Source: an uncultured Spirochaetota bacterium
Lineage (GTDB): Bacteria > Spirochaetota > Spirochaetia > SZUA-6 > CAVTHK01
Assembly (NCBI GenBank): GCA_963734495.1
Contig: CAVTHK010000011.1
Coordinates: 32,001-96,000 of the forward strand
Reading direction: 5' to 3'
DNA length: 64,000 nucleotides
In this document: in pieces, positions 47,840 through 58,274 of the stretch
How positions within the stretch are numbered: the first letter of the stretch is position 1
Layout of the letters: the number at the start of each line of letters is the position of its first letter
Translations under genes and position numbers: made by a program
Notes under the pieces: generated by a model
Told to the model about the DNA's origin: nothing
The model's input: the letters and a program-made list of their open reading frames with translations, nothing else
Databases searched by the model: none

Positions 47840-47850
47840 TCGAAGCGTGG

Positions 47851-48186
47851 CTACGCGGTCGTCAGAGCGGCCCGCTGGCGGGAGACGTTTCTGCGGATGA
47901 TCGTCTCGAGGCCGTCCATGAAGTGGGAGATGCACTGACAGGAGAGCGAATAGTACACAGTGGTGCCCTCCTTGCGGTCTTCGACGACTCCCGCGGCCTT
48001 GAGCAGGGAAAGGTGCTTGGAAATCGTAGACGTGTCGGAGCCCACCATCTCCGTCAGCTCACACACGCAGTACGGGTGTTTCTGCAGCTTTTCGACGATG
48101 AAGATGCGGGTCGGGTGCGCAAGCGCCTTGAGGATGCGGGCCCTCGCCTCGGAGCGCGCCCTTTCGCCGGCCGTCATTCCCTTCAT
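47851..48186 (-). CDS. arsR: ArsR/SmtB family repressor
   Basis: KALAHPTRI, CVCEL, STISKHLSLLK.AGVV, YYSL.CQC; divergent from the ars genes. Confidence 0.9.
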   Translation of the reverse strand: MKGMTAGERARSEARARILKALAHPTRIFIVEKLQKHPYCVCELTEMVGSDTSTISKHLSLLKAAGVVEDRKEGTTVYYSLSCQCISHFMDGLETIIRRNVSRQRAALTTA

Positions 48187-48189
48187 TTG

Positions 48190-48263
48190 ATGGTAATATG
48201 GCCAAACTGGCCGGGCGCGTCAATCCCCGTTGACATGACTTTGCTGCTTGGCTACATTGCCAA
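48190..48263. promoter_or_regulatory. Divergent promoters, each with its -10 box inside a TTGGC-N6-GCCAA-type palindrome (probable ArsR operators)
   Basis: Plus TTGACA(48230)-17 bp-TACATT within TTGGC-TACATT-GCCAA; minus TTGACG(48223)-17 bp-CATATT within TTGGC-CATATT-ACCAT. Confidence 0.72.
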
Positions 48264-48290
48264 CAACGGAATCCGAAAAGGAGGTGTCCC

Positions 48291-48533
48291 GTGACGGTGC
48301 AGATCCTGGGCGGCGGCTGCCCCAAGTGCCACCAGCTCGAGAAGAACGCGAAAGAGGCGATCGCGCGCCTGGGCATCAACGCGACGGTGGCCGCGGTCAC
48401 CGATATGGACAAGATCGTTGAGATGGGCGTCATGGTCACGCCCGCCCTCGCCGTCGACGGCACGGTGAAGAAGGCCGGTGCCGTCCTGTCGGTCGACCAG
48501 ATCACGCAGATCCTGAAAGCGAGCGCGGGATGA
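48291..48533 (+). CDS. Small thioredoxin-like redox disulfide protein (MTH895 type)
   Basis: ILGGGCPKC, GVMVTPALAVDG; AGGAGG RBS. Confidence 0.9.
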   Translation: MTVQILGGGCPKCHQLEKNAKEAIARLGINATVAAVTDMDKIVEMGVMVTPALAVDGTVKKAGAVLSVDQITQILKASAG

Positions 48534-49762
48534 GCTCTCTGGAGACTCGCCCGCGGCCTGCTGACCGGCTGCGGGCGGCGTTGTCGGAAAAGAAGAATCA
48601 GGCGCTGCTGATCCTCTTCGGGGTGTTCCTGTTCGCTTACCTCGTGCCGTTCGCCCATCCGCGCGTGAGCGGCGCCGTCAACGAAGCCTTCGCGATGCTG
48701 GGCGAGTACGCGCGGCAGCACGTGCTGCTGTGCCTGGTGCCCGCTTTCTTCATCGCGGGCGCGATCACGATGTTCCTCAACCAGCAGTCCGTGATCCGCT
48801 ACCTCGGGCCGAACGCGCCCAAACCGGTGGCGTACAGCGTGGCCGCCGTGAGCGGCACGATTCTCGCCGTCTGCTCGTGCACAGTCCTTCCTTTGTTCAA
48901 GGGCATCTATCGCAAGGGCGCGGGTCTGGGGCCCGCAGTCTCCTTTCTCTATTCCGGGCCCGCGATCAACGTGCTGGCCATCGTGCTGACGGCCAAAGTG
49001 CTCGGGCCCGAGCTGGGCCTTGCGCGGGCGCTCGGCGCCATGGCATTTGCCGTGCTCATCGGCCTGTCCATGCACATGATATTCCGCCGCGAGGACGAGC
49101 AGCGGACCACCAATGCGGCGATGTTCGAAGGCGAGGTCCCCGCCGCGCCTCGTTCCCTCGGGCAGACCTCGATCATGATGGCCGCGATGGTGGGGATCCT
49201 CGTCTTCGTGAACTGGGCGCCTTCAGCGGGGGCCGCGGGGGCATGGGACGTGGTGTACAGGGCGAAGTACCTGATCACGGCCGCCTTCGGCCTGCTGCTC
49301 GTGTACTCGCTCCTGCGATGGTTCGAGCGCAGCGAGCTGCGCGACTGGGTCGCAGCCACCAGGGACTTCGCGGTGCAGATCCTGCCGCTGCTCTTTGGCG
49401 GAGTGCTCGTGGCAGGGTTTCTCTTGGGGCGGCCGGGCCACGGCGCGCTCATCCCCCAGGGCTGGGTCGCGGGGCTCGTGGGCGGAAATACGCTGGGCGC
49501 CAACCTGATCGCGTCGGTGTTCGGCGTGCTGATGTATTTTGCCACGCTGACCGAGGTCCCGATCATGCAGGGGCTGATCGGCGCCGGCATGGGCCAGGGG
49601 CCGGCCCTCGCGCTGCTGCTCTCGGGACCGTCTCTTTCCCTCCCTTCGATCCTCGTCATCGCGGGCGAGATCGGCTGGCGCAAGACCGCGACTTATGCCG
49701 GTCTCGTGGTAGTGTTCTCCACGCTGACCGGCCTCGGCTATGGCGCCCTGATGGGACGGTGA
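48530..49762 (+). CDS. ArsP/DUF318 family permease
   Basis: LAVCSCTVLPLF, FLYSGPAIN, MYFATLTEVPI, GPSLSLP. Confidence 0.88.
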   Translation: MSSLETRPRPADRLRAALSEKKNQALLILFGVFLFAYLVPFAHPRVSGAVNEAFAMLGEYARQHVLLCLVPAFFIAGAITMFLNQQSVIRYLGPNAPKPVAYSVAAVSGTILAVCSCTVLPLFKGIYRKGAGLGPAVSFLYSGPAINVLAIVLTAKVLGPELGLARALGAMAFAVLIGLSMHMIFRREDEQRTTNAAMFEGEVPAAPRSLGQTSIMMAAMVGILVFVNWAPSAGAAGAWDVVYRAKYLITAAFGLLLVYSLLRWFERSELRDWVAATRDFAVQILPLLFGGVLVAGFLLGRPGHGALIPQGWVAGLVGGNTLGANLIASVFGVLMYFATLTEVPIMQGLIGAGMGQGPALALLLSGPSLSLPSILVIAGEIGWRKTATYAGLVVVFSTLTGLGYGALMGR

Positions 49763-49768
49763 CTCTGA

Positions 49769-50204
<436 letters not shown>

Positions 50205-50215
<11 letters not shown>

Positions 50216-51450
50216 CAACGAAGCGGCGGCAGGCAGGCAGGTGAGAGGGCTCGGGCTCTTCGACCGCTATCTCACTCTCTGGGTATTCCTCTGCATTGTC
50301 GCGGGCATTATTCTGGGACGCCTCGCTCCGGAAACGGCGAAATTTCTCGACGGCCTGTCGATCTATTCTGGCGGCGCGCCGGTCGTTTCCATCCCGATCG
50401 CGGTCTGCCTCTTCTTCATGATGTTCCCGATCATGGTCAAGATCGATTTCCGCGAGGTGGTCCAGGCCGGCCGCAGCGCGAAGCCCGTCGCGCTGACGCT
50501 GTTCGTCAACTGGGCGATCAAGCCCTTCACGATGTACGCCATCGCCGTGTTCTTCCTCGGGGCGGTCTTTCGCGGCTTCATCGGCGCCGATGCCGTCGAT
50601 CTGGTCAAGATGCCCTTCGGCCTGGACCTGCCGGTGGGCGCGACGTACGGCTCAGGAACGGTCGTGCTGTCGGAGGGCGCCAGGATGCTGCAGGTGCCGC
50701 TGTGGCGCAGCTACCTGGCCGGCTGCATCCTGCTCGGGGTCGCGCCCTGCACCGCGATGGTGCTGGTGTGGGGCTAGCTTGCCCGGGGCAACGACGGTCA
50801 CACCCTCGTGATGGTGGCCATCAACTCGCTGACCATGCTGCTGCTGTACGGACCGCTCGGCGGCTTGCTGCTCGGAGTCGGCCGGCTTCCCGTGCCCTGG
50901 CAGGCGCTGGTGCTCTCGATCGCGATCTACGTCGCCTTGCCGCTGGTGGCCGGCTACTTCGTCCGTCGATGGATCATCGGCGCCAGAGGCGAAGCGTGGT
51001 TCCGGGAGAAGTTCCTGCACGTGCTCTCGCCGATCACGACCGTCGCGCTCCTCGCTGACGCTGGTGCTTCTGTTCTCGTTCAAGGGCGACGTGATCGTCG
51101 CAAACCCGCTGACGATTCTCTGGATCGCCGTGCCGCTCTTTATCCAGACCATGCTCATCTTCTGGCTCGGTTACTGGCTGGCCCGCGTTCTGAGGCTGAC
51201 CTACGCCGACGCCGCCCCCACCGCGATGATCGGGGCGTCGAACCACTTCGAGGTCGCCATCGCCACCGCGACCATGCTGTTCGGCCTGTCCTCCGGCGCG
51301 TCCCTCGCCACGGTGGTCGGCGTGCTGATCGAGGTCCCGGTGATGCTGATGCTGGTGCGCATCTGCCTGAAGACCACGCGGTGGTTTCCGCAGACGGCGC
51401 CTGCCGCGGCGGTCGCGCAGGCACGGCCGACACGAGGTCGTTCCGCTTGA
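50205..51450 (+). pseudogene. acr3: ACR3 arsenite efflux transporter, interrupted in this sequence (TAG at 50775, +1 frameshift near 51054)
   Basis: [64 protein letters not shown]. Confidence 0.8.
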
Positions 51451-51454
51451 GGCC

Positions 51455-52222
51455 TCACCGCGCCGAGACGCCCCCGTCGATGACCAGCTCGCTCCCGGTC
51501 ATGTAGCGCGACTCGTCGGTGGCGAGGAACAGGATCCCCCAGGCGATGTCGTCCGGCTGGGCGAGGCGGCCGAGCGGGGTCATCGCCGTTCGTTTCTCCC
51601 GCACTCCCGGCTGCGAATGGAAGTTGCGCGTCATCGGCGTTTCGACGAACCCCGGGAAGACCGCGTTCACCCGGATGCCCTCGGATGCGTATTGAATCGC
51701 CGCTGTCTTGGAGAGCGCCCGGACCGCCCCCTTGGATGCGGCGTAGGCCGTGCCGAAGTCGTCCCCCACGATCGCGTAGACCGAAGCGGTGTTGATGATC
51801 GAGCCGCCGCCCGCGGCGCGCATCAGAGGGACCGCGTGCTTGATCCCGAGGAACACGCCCCTCGCGTTGGTGGCGAAGGTGACCTCCCACCCTTCCACGG
51901 TCGTGTGCTCCACCGTCGGCCGCGAAAGCGGCCCTCCGCGCCCGGCGTTGTTGACGAGCACGTCCAGCCTGCCGAAGAGGCTCCTGACGCCGTCCATGAC
52001 GCGGGCCCACCCCGGCTCGTCGCTCACGTCGAGGTGCTCGAAGACGACCTTGACGCCGCCCTTGCCGAGCTCCGCGGCAAGCGTCTGGCCCGCCTCGTCG
52101 TTGATGTCGGCGATCACGACGCCCGCTGCGCCGTGGGCGGCGAAGAGCCGGCAGGCCGCCCCGCCGATTCCCGATGCGCCGCCGGTGACGAGGGCGACCT
52201 TGCCCCGCAGCCTTCCGTTCAC
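51455..52222 (-). CDS. SDR family oxidoreductase
   Basis: [27 protein letters not shown]. Confidence 0.93.
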   Translation of the reverse strand: MNGRLRGKVALVTGGASGIGGAACRLFAAHGAAGVVIADINDEAGQTLAAELGKGGVKVVFEHLDVSDEPGWARVMDGVRSLFGRLDVLVNNAGRGGPLSRPTVEHTTVEGWEVTFATNARGVFLGIKHAVPLMRAAGGGSIINTASVYAIVGDDFGTAYAASKGAVRALSKTAAIQYASEGIRVNAVFPGFVETPMTRNFHSQPGVREKRTAMTPLGRLAQPDDIAWGILFLATDESRYMTGSELVIDGGVSAR

Positions 52223-52285
52223 GAAAACCTCCGTCTGCGGCGATGATAACCCGGAGGCGCCCCGTTCTGCAGTCCGGCGACGCCC

Positions 52286-54205
52286 CTATCCCTCGTGCAC
52301 CGCGGTGCGTGTCGCCGTCCGCTGGGTCGCCAGGGAGACCAGCACGAGCACCACGAAGCTGAACGGGATCGAGATGATCCCAGGGTTCGCCAGTGGTATC
52401 GGCGCCTTGAGCGGGTCCAGGCCGTAGAGGCTGTACATCGTCGGCGAAAAGAGAATGAGCCCGATCGAGGAGGCGATTCCGGCGATGATGGAGGCCGTGA
52501 TGCCGGCGGCCGTCGCTTTCTTCCAGAACAGCATCATGATGATCGCCGGCAGGTTTGCCGAAGCGGCCACGGCAAAGGCGAGCCCCACCAGGAACGAGAC
52601 GTTCACGCCCTTGAAGATGATCCCGAGGACGATGGCGACGAACCCGACGGCGAAGGCAACGACCTTGCCGACGAATACCTTCTGCTTGTCACTGGAGATC
52701 AGCCCTCCGAACCGGTCCAGAAGGTCGTGGGCCACCGCGCCCGAGGCCGCAATGATGAGCCCGCTCACCGTGCCCAGAACGGTCGCGAAGGCGATCGCCG
52801 AGATCATGGAAAAGAGAAAGGTTCCAAACGTGCGGGCCAGCAGCGGTGCCGACATGTTGTCGTCCAGCAGGTTGACCACGCCCCCTGTCATCGCGCCGAG
52901 TCCCATGAAGAGCGTGAGCACGTAGAACAGGCCGATGGCGGCGATCGCCACGATGGTCGACTTGCGCGCCGCCGCGGCGCTGGGCACCGTGTAGTAGCGG
53001 ATCAGGATGTGCGGCAGAGCGGCCGTGCCCAGGAAGAGAGCGATCATGAGCGAGGCGAAGTCGATCCGCTGCAACGGCGTGCCGTCGACGCGGAAACGGA
53101 GCCCGGGGCGGAGGATCCGGCTCCCTTCGGTGAGAACCGGATAGTAGACAGTCACCTTGTCCTGGCCGTCCGCGAACCGTGTCGACTTCCACAGTCTCAC
53201 CTTGCTCTGGCGATCGCCGATGAGGCTGAGGAACTTGAAGGGTCCTATCGGGCCGGTCCTCACCTCGGGTCCGGTCTTTCCCGCGATCGCTTCCATGTTC
53301 CCGACCAGGGCAAGCTGATTGTCGCGAGAGGCCGGAGCCCCGTTGATGACGTCCGGCTGCCCGGGCCGCGTTACCACCGACTGAGTCTCCTGCAGGCGGA
53401 CGGTGCCTTCCGCCTTTTCGACCTTCCACCAGGTCGACGTGCCGTCGCGCAGGAGCCTGGCGAACCGCAGGCCTCCGGCATCGACGACGGCGGCCACGCT
53501 GTAACGGGGGTCCTCCGCGGCAAGCGTCCCGCCGGTCTCCGCGGCGTTCAGGGTTGCGTACTGCTTGAACGGCACGCGGCCCCCCTGGTCGGGCGTCGTC
53601 GAGAGCCCGCGCAGGCTCACCGCCGCCACCAGGACCAGGGAGAACACGATCAGGAGGGTCCCCTTGATGAACTGCACGTAGGTCGTGGAGGTCATGCCGG
53701 CCGTAGCCACGATGGTGACGACGATGAAACCGACCATGATGACCCCTGCGTAATGCGGCAGGCCGAGCAGCGGGGTCACAAGAACGCCGGCGCCCACCAT
53801 CTGGGGAATGAGGTAGCACAGCGAGACGAGCAGCGTGCTGATGGCGGCCGCGAGCTTGATGCCCTTGTTGTCGAACTTGGCGTCCAGCGCATCGGTGAAC
53901 GTGTACTTGCCGAGCCGCTTGAGCGGCTCAGCCACGACGAAGAGCGCCACGATCCAGCCGGCGAGGTAGCCGATGGAATAGAGGAAGCCGTCGTACCCCG
54001 CTGTGGCGATCATGCCGCAGATCCCCAGAAAGGAGGCCGCTGAGAGGTAGTCCCCCGCGAAGGCCACGCCGTTTACCGACCAGTGGATCCGGCTTCCGGC
54101 CGCATAGTAGCCGCTCGCTGACCTCGCACGCCCCGCGAAGTAGAAGGAGATGGCCAGCACCAGGGCGACAAAGAGCACAAAGAGAGCAACGGGAAGGATG
54201 CCCAT
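52286..54205 (-). CDS. actP: Cation/acetate symporter (SSS family) with a large soluble insertion
   Basis: NGVAFAGDYLSAASFLG, YLIPQMVGAG, GTAALPHILIRYYTVP, AFATVLGTVSGL, AASANLP. Confidence 0.88.
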   Translation of the reverse strand: MGILPVALFVLFVALVLAISFYFAGRARSASGYYAAGSRIHWSVNGVAFAGDYLSAASFLGICGMIATAGYDGFLYSIGYLAGWIVALFVVAEPLKRLGKYTFTDALDAKFDNKGIKLAAAISTLLVSLCYLIPQMVGAGVLVTPLLGLPHYAGVIMVGFIVVTIVATAGMTSTTYVQFIKGTLLIVFSLVLVAAVSLRGLSTTPDQGGRVPFKQYATLNAAETGGTLAAEDPRYSVAAVVDAGGLRFARLLRDGTSTWWKVEKAEGTVRLQETQSVVTRPGQPDVINGAPASRDNQLALVGNMEAIAGKTGPEVRTGPIGPFKFLSLIGDRQSKVRLWKSTRFADGQDKVTVYYPVLTEGSRILRPGLRFRVDGTPLQRIDFASLMIALFLGTAALPHILIRYYTVPSAAAARKSTIVAIAAIGLFYVLTLFMGLGAMTGGVVNLLDDNMSAPLLARTFGTFLFSMISAIAFATVLGTVSGLIIAASGAVAHDLLDRFGGLISSDKQKVFVGKVVAFAVGFVAIVLGIIFKGVNVSFLVGLAFAVAASANLPAIIMMLFWKKATAAGITASIIAGIASSIGLILFSPTMYSLYGLDPLKAPIPLANPGIISIPFSFVVLVLVSLATQRTATRTAVHEG

Positions 54206-54491
54206 CTATCGGCCCTCCTTGTTGTCGGCAAGCTCCGCCTCTTTGCGGCTGCACGCGCGGTTGTAGAAGTAGGGCCAGGACCAAGGCGAGGACGATGAGC
54301 CCCATCCCGTACACGACGGCCAGGTTCAGCCCTGCGACGACCGTCACGCCCATGAGCGAAGGATCGATCAGATTGATGGCGACGAATCCCGCGTACACGG
54401 TGCAGTAGATCACGAACATGATCACGCCCAGACGCCTCTTGAATGCGAACGCGGGGTCCCTGCCGGCGGATGCGGCTGGCTGGTGCAACAT
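54206..54491 (-). CDS. DUF485 (YjcH-like) small membrane protein (apparent +1 frameshift near 54270)
   Basis: KRRLGVIMF.IY..VYAGFVAIN...GLNLAVVYGMGLI; one-base deletion gives FYNRACSRKE...EGR-TAG directly abutting the actP ATG. Confidence 0.8.
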
Positions 54492-54629
54492 GCGACGACC
54501 TTCCTTTTCTCTGTCGTTGTGGCTGTTTATCTCATTCCTGCACTCAGAAAGCAAGCAACTCCCCGCCCGCCCCCGCCGGCCGGCGCGGCTTGGAGAAGGC
54601 GGGCGAACGGGATACGATGGACCAGGCCG

Positions 54630-57600
54630 ATGAGCGAAGAAATCTGCGTGGGCCTTCACTGCCATTCCAACCTCAGCGACGGAAGCCTCACGCCCGAACA
54701 GCTTGCCGAGCTTGTCGCGTCGCACGGCGCCCGGTACGCGGCCCTCACGGATCATGACACCGTCGCGGGATCCCGTCGTTTCCGACAGGCTCTTTCGCGC
54801 CTGGGCGTCGGCTGCGTCGACGCGGCCGAAATCACGACCGCCTCGCCCTGGGGTGAGATCCATCTGCTGGCCTACGGCGTGCGCGTCGACGACGAGAATC
54901 TTCTGGCCCTGCTCGAGGCGACTCGCCGGCGCACAGATCCCGGCGTGCAGGGCCTGGTCGATTCCCTCCGGCGCTTCGGCTCCCGGGCGGATCCTCCGCA
55001 TCCGCAAACGGCCGGCCCCGCCGAGGTGATTGCCGCGATCCACGCGGCCGGCGGCGCGGCCTTTCTCGCTCACCCGCTCTCCTACGCCTTTGACGCGGGT
55101 TCCCTCGAGCCGATCATCGCCGAGCTCGCGGCTGCCGGGCTGGACGGACTGGAGGCGATCTACCCGGGGTATGCCCCGCAGAATGTAGAGAGGCTGCTGG
55201 ACCTCGGCCGGAAGTACGCCCTCGCGATCAGCGCGGGAAGCGACTACCACGGCCCGGGCATGGCCGGTCCGGTCTCGCCCTGCGTTACCATGGACAGGCA
55301 GCGTTGGGAGGCGTTGCGGGATCATATCCTGCGCGTGGCTCCTCAGGGCCGGGGCGGGGGCGACGGCGCGCCGATTCCGCTGCCGGTTGCCAGTCGAGTG
55401 CGCCTGGGCGGATCTGCAGCCCGTGTCATCTTCCCCGCCGTCCTCGCGATCGTCCTCTTTCTCGTGACGATCTTTGCGGTGCTCATCCCGAGCTTTGAGC
55501 GCGTTCTCATGGAGAAGAAGAAGGACCTGATCCACGAGCTGACCAATTCCGCTGTGAGCGTCCTCGCGGAGTTTGCCGCCGACGAGCGGGCCGGCTCCCT
55601 GACGCGCGAGCAGGCACAGAGCGCCGCGGCTGCCCGCATTCGGGATCTCCGCTACGGCAAGGAGGGCAAGGACTACTTCTGGATCACCGACACGCATCCC
55701 ACGATGATCGTTCACCCCTACCGCCGGGAGCTGGAAGGCACGGACGTCTCGGGGTACATGGACGCCAACGGCGTGCGGGTCTTCGTGGAATTCATCAAGG
55801 CGGTCCGGGAAAAGGACGAGGGCTACGTCGAGTATCTGTGGCAGTGGAAGGACGACGCGCACCGCATCGTGCCCAAGCTGTCATTCGTCAAACGCTTCGC
55901 CCCCTGGGACTGGGTGGTGGGCACCGGCGTCTATCTCGACGACGTGAACTCCGAGATCACGGGGATCGCGGGCCGCTTTATCGGGCTGGAGGCGGCGGTT
56001 TCCGTCGTGCTGTCCCTTCTTCTGGTCTTCATCGCGCACCAGAGCCTGGCCGCCGAGCGGCGTCGCCGGGTCGCAGAGTCCAGCCTGCGGGAATCTCACG
56101 AGAAGTACCGGGCGCTGGTGGAGGCGTCGACCGAGGGGATGCTCATCGTGGTCGGCGGCGCCTGCACTTACGCCAACAGGACGCTGCAGGACATGCTTGG
56201 TTTTACCGAGGCGGAGATCTCGCTCCTCGGGGTCGCCGACCTGATCCGGGCCCGCGAGGGAGACGACGCGGCCCGGCGCGCGTTTCTCGACTCGCTCTCC
56301 GGCGATCCCGCGCGATCAGCGGCGCCTGCCGGCGAGTTCCCGCTGGCGGGCCGCGACGGGCGGACGGTGGATGCGCTGCTCACGGCCTCCCGATTCGACG
56401 TGGCCGGCCGGGACAGCGCGATTATCACAGTAAAGGATCTGGCGGCACGGCGGAGGGCCGAGGCGGCCGCCGACTCCGTCGGCCTGTCCGACGCCCTGTG
56501 GAAGGGCGTCGCGATCGGGATCTTCAGGGCAACCTGGGGCCGCAGAGCGTTCCTGCTGGCCTGCAACCCCGCGGCGCGCGAGATCCTCGGCCTTTCCGGA
56601 GACACCGACATCACGCAGGTCAACCTCTTCAGCCTGCTGGCCGATCAACGCGAGGGGGAAAAGCTCTACAGCGACCTCTCCGAGGGCATCGCCTTGCGCG
56701 AGCGCGAGGTTCGCCTGCAGGGGCTCGACCGCCGCGAGCGTGTCGTCCTCCTTTCCGCGGCGGTGGAGTCGGACGCCGACAGCGGCGAAACGCGCTGCCT
56801 CGACGGCGTCCTGCAGGACGTGACCGAGCTCACGCGACGCCGCCAGAGAAGCGAGGAGCTCATGGCGGAGCTTGAGACTTCATCGCTGCTCCTGCTGGAC
56901 TCAGTGGAGAGATATTCAACGCCCGCCGCGACCTGCGATATGAACACCCCGATCCGGACGGCAGCGGGGCGCATGAGCCGGACCCGCCAGGACGCCCTGG
57001 TGGTGCTGACCCCGGCCGGGGATCCTGTCGGGATCGTGACGGATCGCGACATGCGAGAGCGCGTCGTGGCCGCCCAACTGGATCCGCAGCGACCGGTGCG
57101 CGAGATCATGAGCTCGCCCCTGGTCACGACGCGCCAGAGCTCGCCGGTCTACGAGGCGATTCTCCTGATGCGCGAGCGGGGCATCGCGCATCTGGCGGTC
57201 AAGGACCCGGAGGGCCGGGTGGTCGCCGTGACGCGGGGGATGGACCTGTTGCGGATGCAGCGTCAATCCCCGGCCATGATTCGTCAGGAGATCCGGGCTG
57301 CCGGCTCCGTCGAGGATCTCACGGAGTGCCGGTCCAGAGTGGCGGACCTGGTGCGGGGTCTGGTTGCGGGCGGCGCGCGACCGCGATCCGCCGTTCGGGT
57401 CTTCTCCATGGCCTCCGACCTGATCGTCGAGCGCCTCGTCGACTTTGCCGTTCGCGAGCTCGGCGACCCTCCCGCCGCTTTCGCCTTTGTGGCCATAGGC
57501 AGCGAGGGACGCCGGGAGCAGACTCCAGCCTCGGACCAGGACAACGCGATCGTCTACGCGGACGCGGCCGACGCGGAGAAGGCCCGCCGCTACTTCGTGT

Positions 57601-58253
57601 CCCTTGGCGAAAGCGTCTGCCGGCGGCTGAATGAGGTAGGGGTCCCTTACTGCCAGGGCGGTATCATGGCCATGAATCCCGAATGGTGCGTTCCCCTTGA
57701 GAAGTGGCGAGGCTATTTTGCCCGCTGGATCCGGGAGCCGGAGCCCGAGCAGGTCTTGCGCTTCAACATCTTCTTCGACCTCCGGTGCACGACGGGGAAC
57801 GGCGAGCTCGTCGAGGCGCTGCTCCGAACCGCGCGGGACCTCGTCGCGGCGACGCCTTCGTTTCTTCTCCATCTGGCGCAGGACTCACTCGGGAAGCGGG
57901 TGCCCGCCAACCGTAAGGCGGGCGACATCGATCTCAAAGAGGCAATGTCGCTCGTTGTCAATTTTGCGCGGGTCTACAGTCTGCGTCACGGCGTCGACGC
58001 CACCAACACGCTCGAACGACTGGACGATCTGCGCGACGCCCGGGTTCTCAGCCGCTCTTCGCACGCGAACATCACTCAGGCCTACGAGCTCCTGATGCGT
58101 CTGCGGCTCGGGCTCGATTCGTTGACGCACAGGGCTGCCGTCGACCCGGCTTCGCTGCCGCGCGATCAGCAGGCGCTGCTACGGGACGCCGTGGCGGAAC
58201 TGCCGGTGCTCCAGAAGAAGATGGCCTTTGATTTCCTCGGCCAGGCGCTGTAG
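54630..58253 (+). CDS. Membrane sensor: PHP - TM - single Cache - TM - PAS - PAS - CBS pair - DUF294 nucleotidyltransferase-like - DUF294_C
   Basis: LHCHSNLSDG/TDHD/AHP/GSDYHG; LRYGKEGKDYFWI..MIVHP..YLWQW..KLSFVK.FAPWDWVVGTGVY; GIVTDRDMR..V.EIMSSP; GSEGRREQTPASDQDNAI; IFFDLR; DLK. Confidence 0.88.
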   Translation: MSEEICVGLHCHSNLSDGSLTPEQLAELVASHGARYAALTDHDTVAGSRRFRQALSRLGVGCVDAAEITTASPWGEIHLLAYGVRVDDENLLALLEATRRRTDPGVQGLVDSLRRFGSRADPPHPQTAGPAEVIAAIHAAGGAAFLAHPLSYAFDAGSLEPIIAELAAAGLDGLEAIYPGYAPQNVERLLDLGRKYALAISAGSDYHGPGMAGPVSPCVTMDRQRWEALRDHILRVAPQGRGGGDGAPIPLPVASRVRLGGSAARVIFPAVLAIVLFLVTIFAVLIPSFERVLMEKKKDLIHELTNSAVSVLAEFAADERAGSLTREQAQSAAAARIRDLRYGKEGKDYFWITDTHPTMIVHPYRRELEGTDVSGYMDANGVRVFVEFIKAVREKDEGYVEYLWQWKDDAHRIVPKLSFVKRFAPWDWVVGTGVYLDDVNSEITGIAGRFIGLEAAVSVVLSLLLVFIAHQSLAAERRRRVAESSLRESHEKYRALVEASTEGMLIVVGGACTYANRTLQDMLGFTEAEISLLGVADLIRAREGDDAARRAFLDSLSGDPARSAAPAGEFPLAGRDGRTVDALLTASRFDVAGRDSAIITVKDLAARRRAEAAADSVGLSDALWKGVAIGIFRATWGRRAFLLACNPAAREILGLSGDTDITQVNLFSLLADQREGEKLYSDLSEGIALREREVRLQGLDRRERVVLLSAAVESDADSGETRCLDGVLQDVTELTRRRQRSEELMAELETSSLLLLDSVERYSTPAATCDMNTPIRTAAGRMSRTRQDALVVLTPAGDPVGIVTDRDMRERVVAAQLDPQRPVREIMSSPLVTTRQSSPVYEAILLMRERGIAHLAVKDPEGRVVAVTRGMDLLRMQRQSPAMIRQEIRAAGSVEDLTECRSRVADLVRGLVAGGARPRSAVRVFSMASDLIVERLVDFAVRELGDPPAAFAFVAIGSEGRREQTPASDQDNAIVYADAADAEKARRYFVSLGESVCRRLNEVGVPYCQGGIMAMNPEWCVPLEKWRGYFARWIREPEPEQVLRFNIFFDLRCTTGNGELVEALLRTARDLVAATPSFLLHLAQDSLGKRVPANRKAGDIDLKEAMSLVVNFARVYSLRHGVDATNTLERLDDLRDARVLSRSSHANITQAYELLMRLRLGLDSLTHRAAVDPASLPRDQQALLRDAVAELPVLQKKMAFDFLGQAL

Positions 58254-58274
58254 GCCCCTGCGCCGAGGCGGGCG

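Noticed and set aside
45296-47935. 879-aa fusion of the PHP hydrolase N-terminus to the FAD oxidase (also apparent fusions 19929-22706, 27967-30555, 53928-55862)
   Set aside because: These arise from frameshifts or open upstream frames; each real gene has its own start, and the joining segments are non-protein-like.
50775-50777. Pyrrolysine or amber recoding in acr3
   Set aside because: The position fits a Tyr codon one base away, the gene has a second lesion, TAG is a normal stop in many genes here, and no pyl genes are visible.
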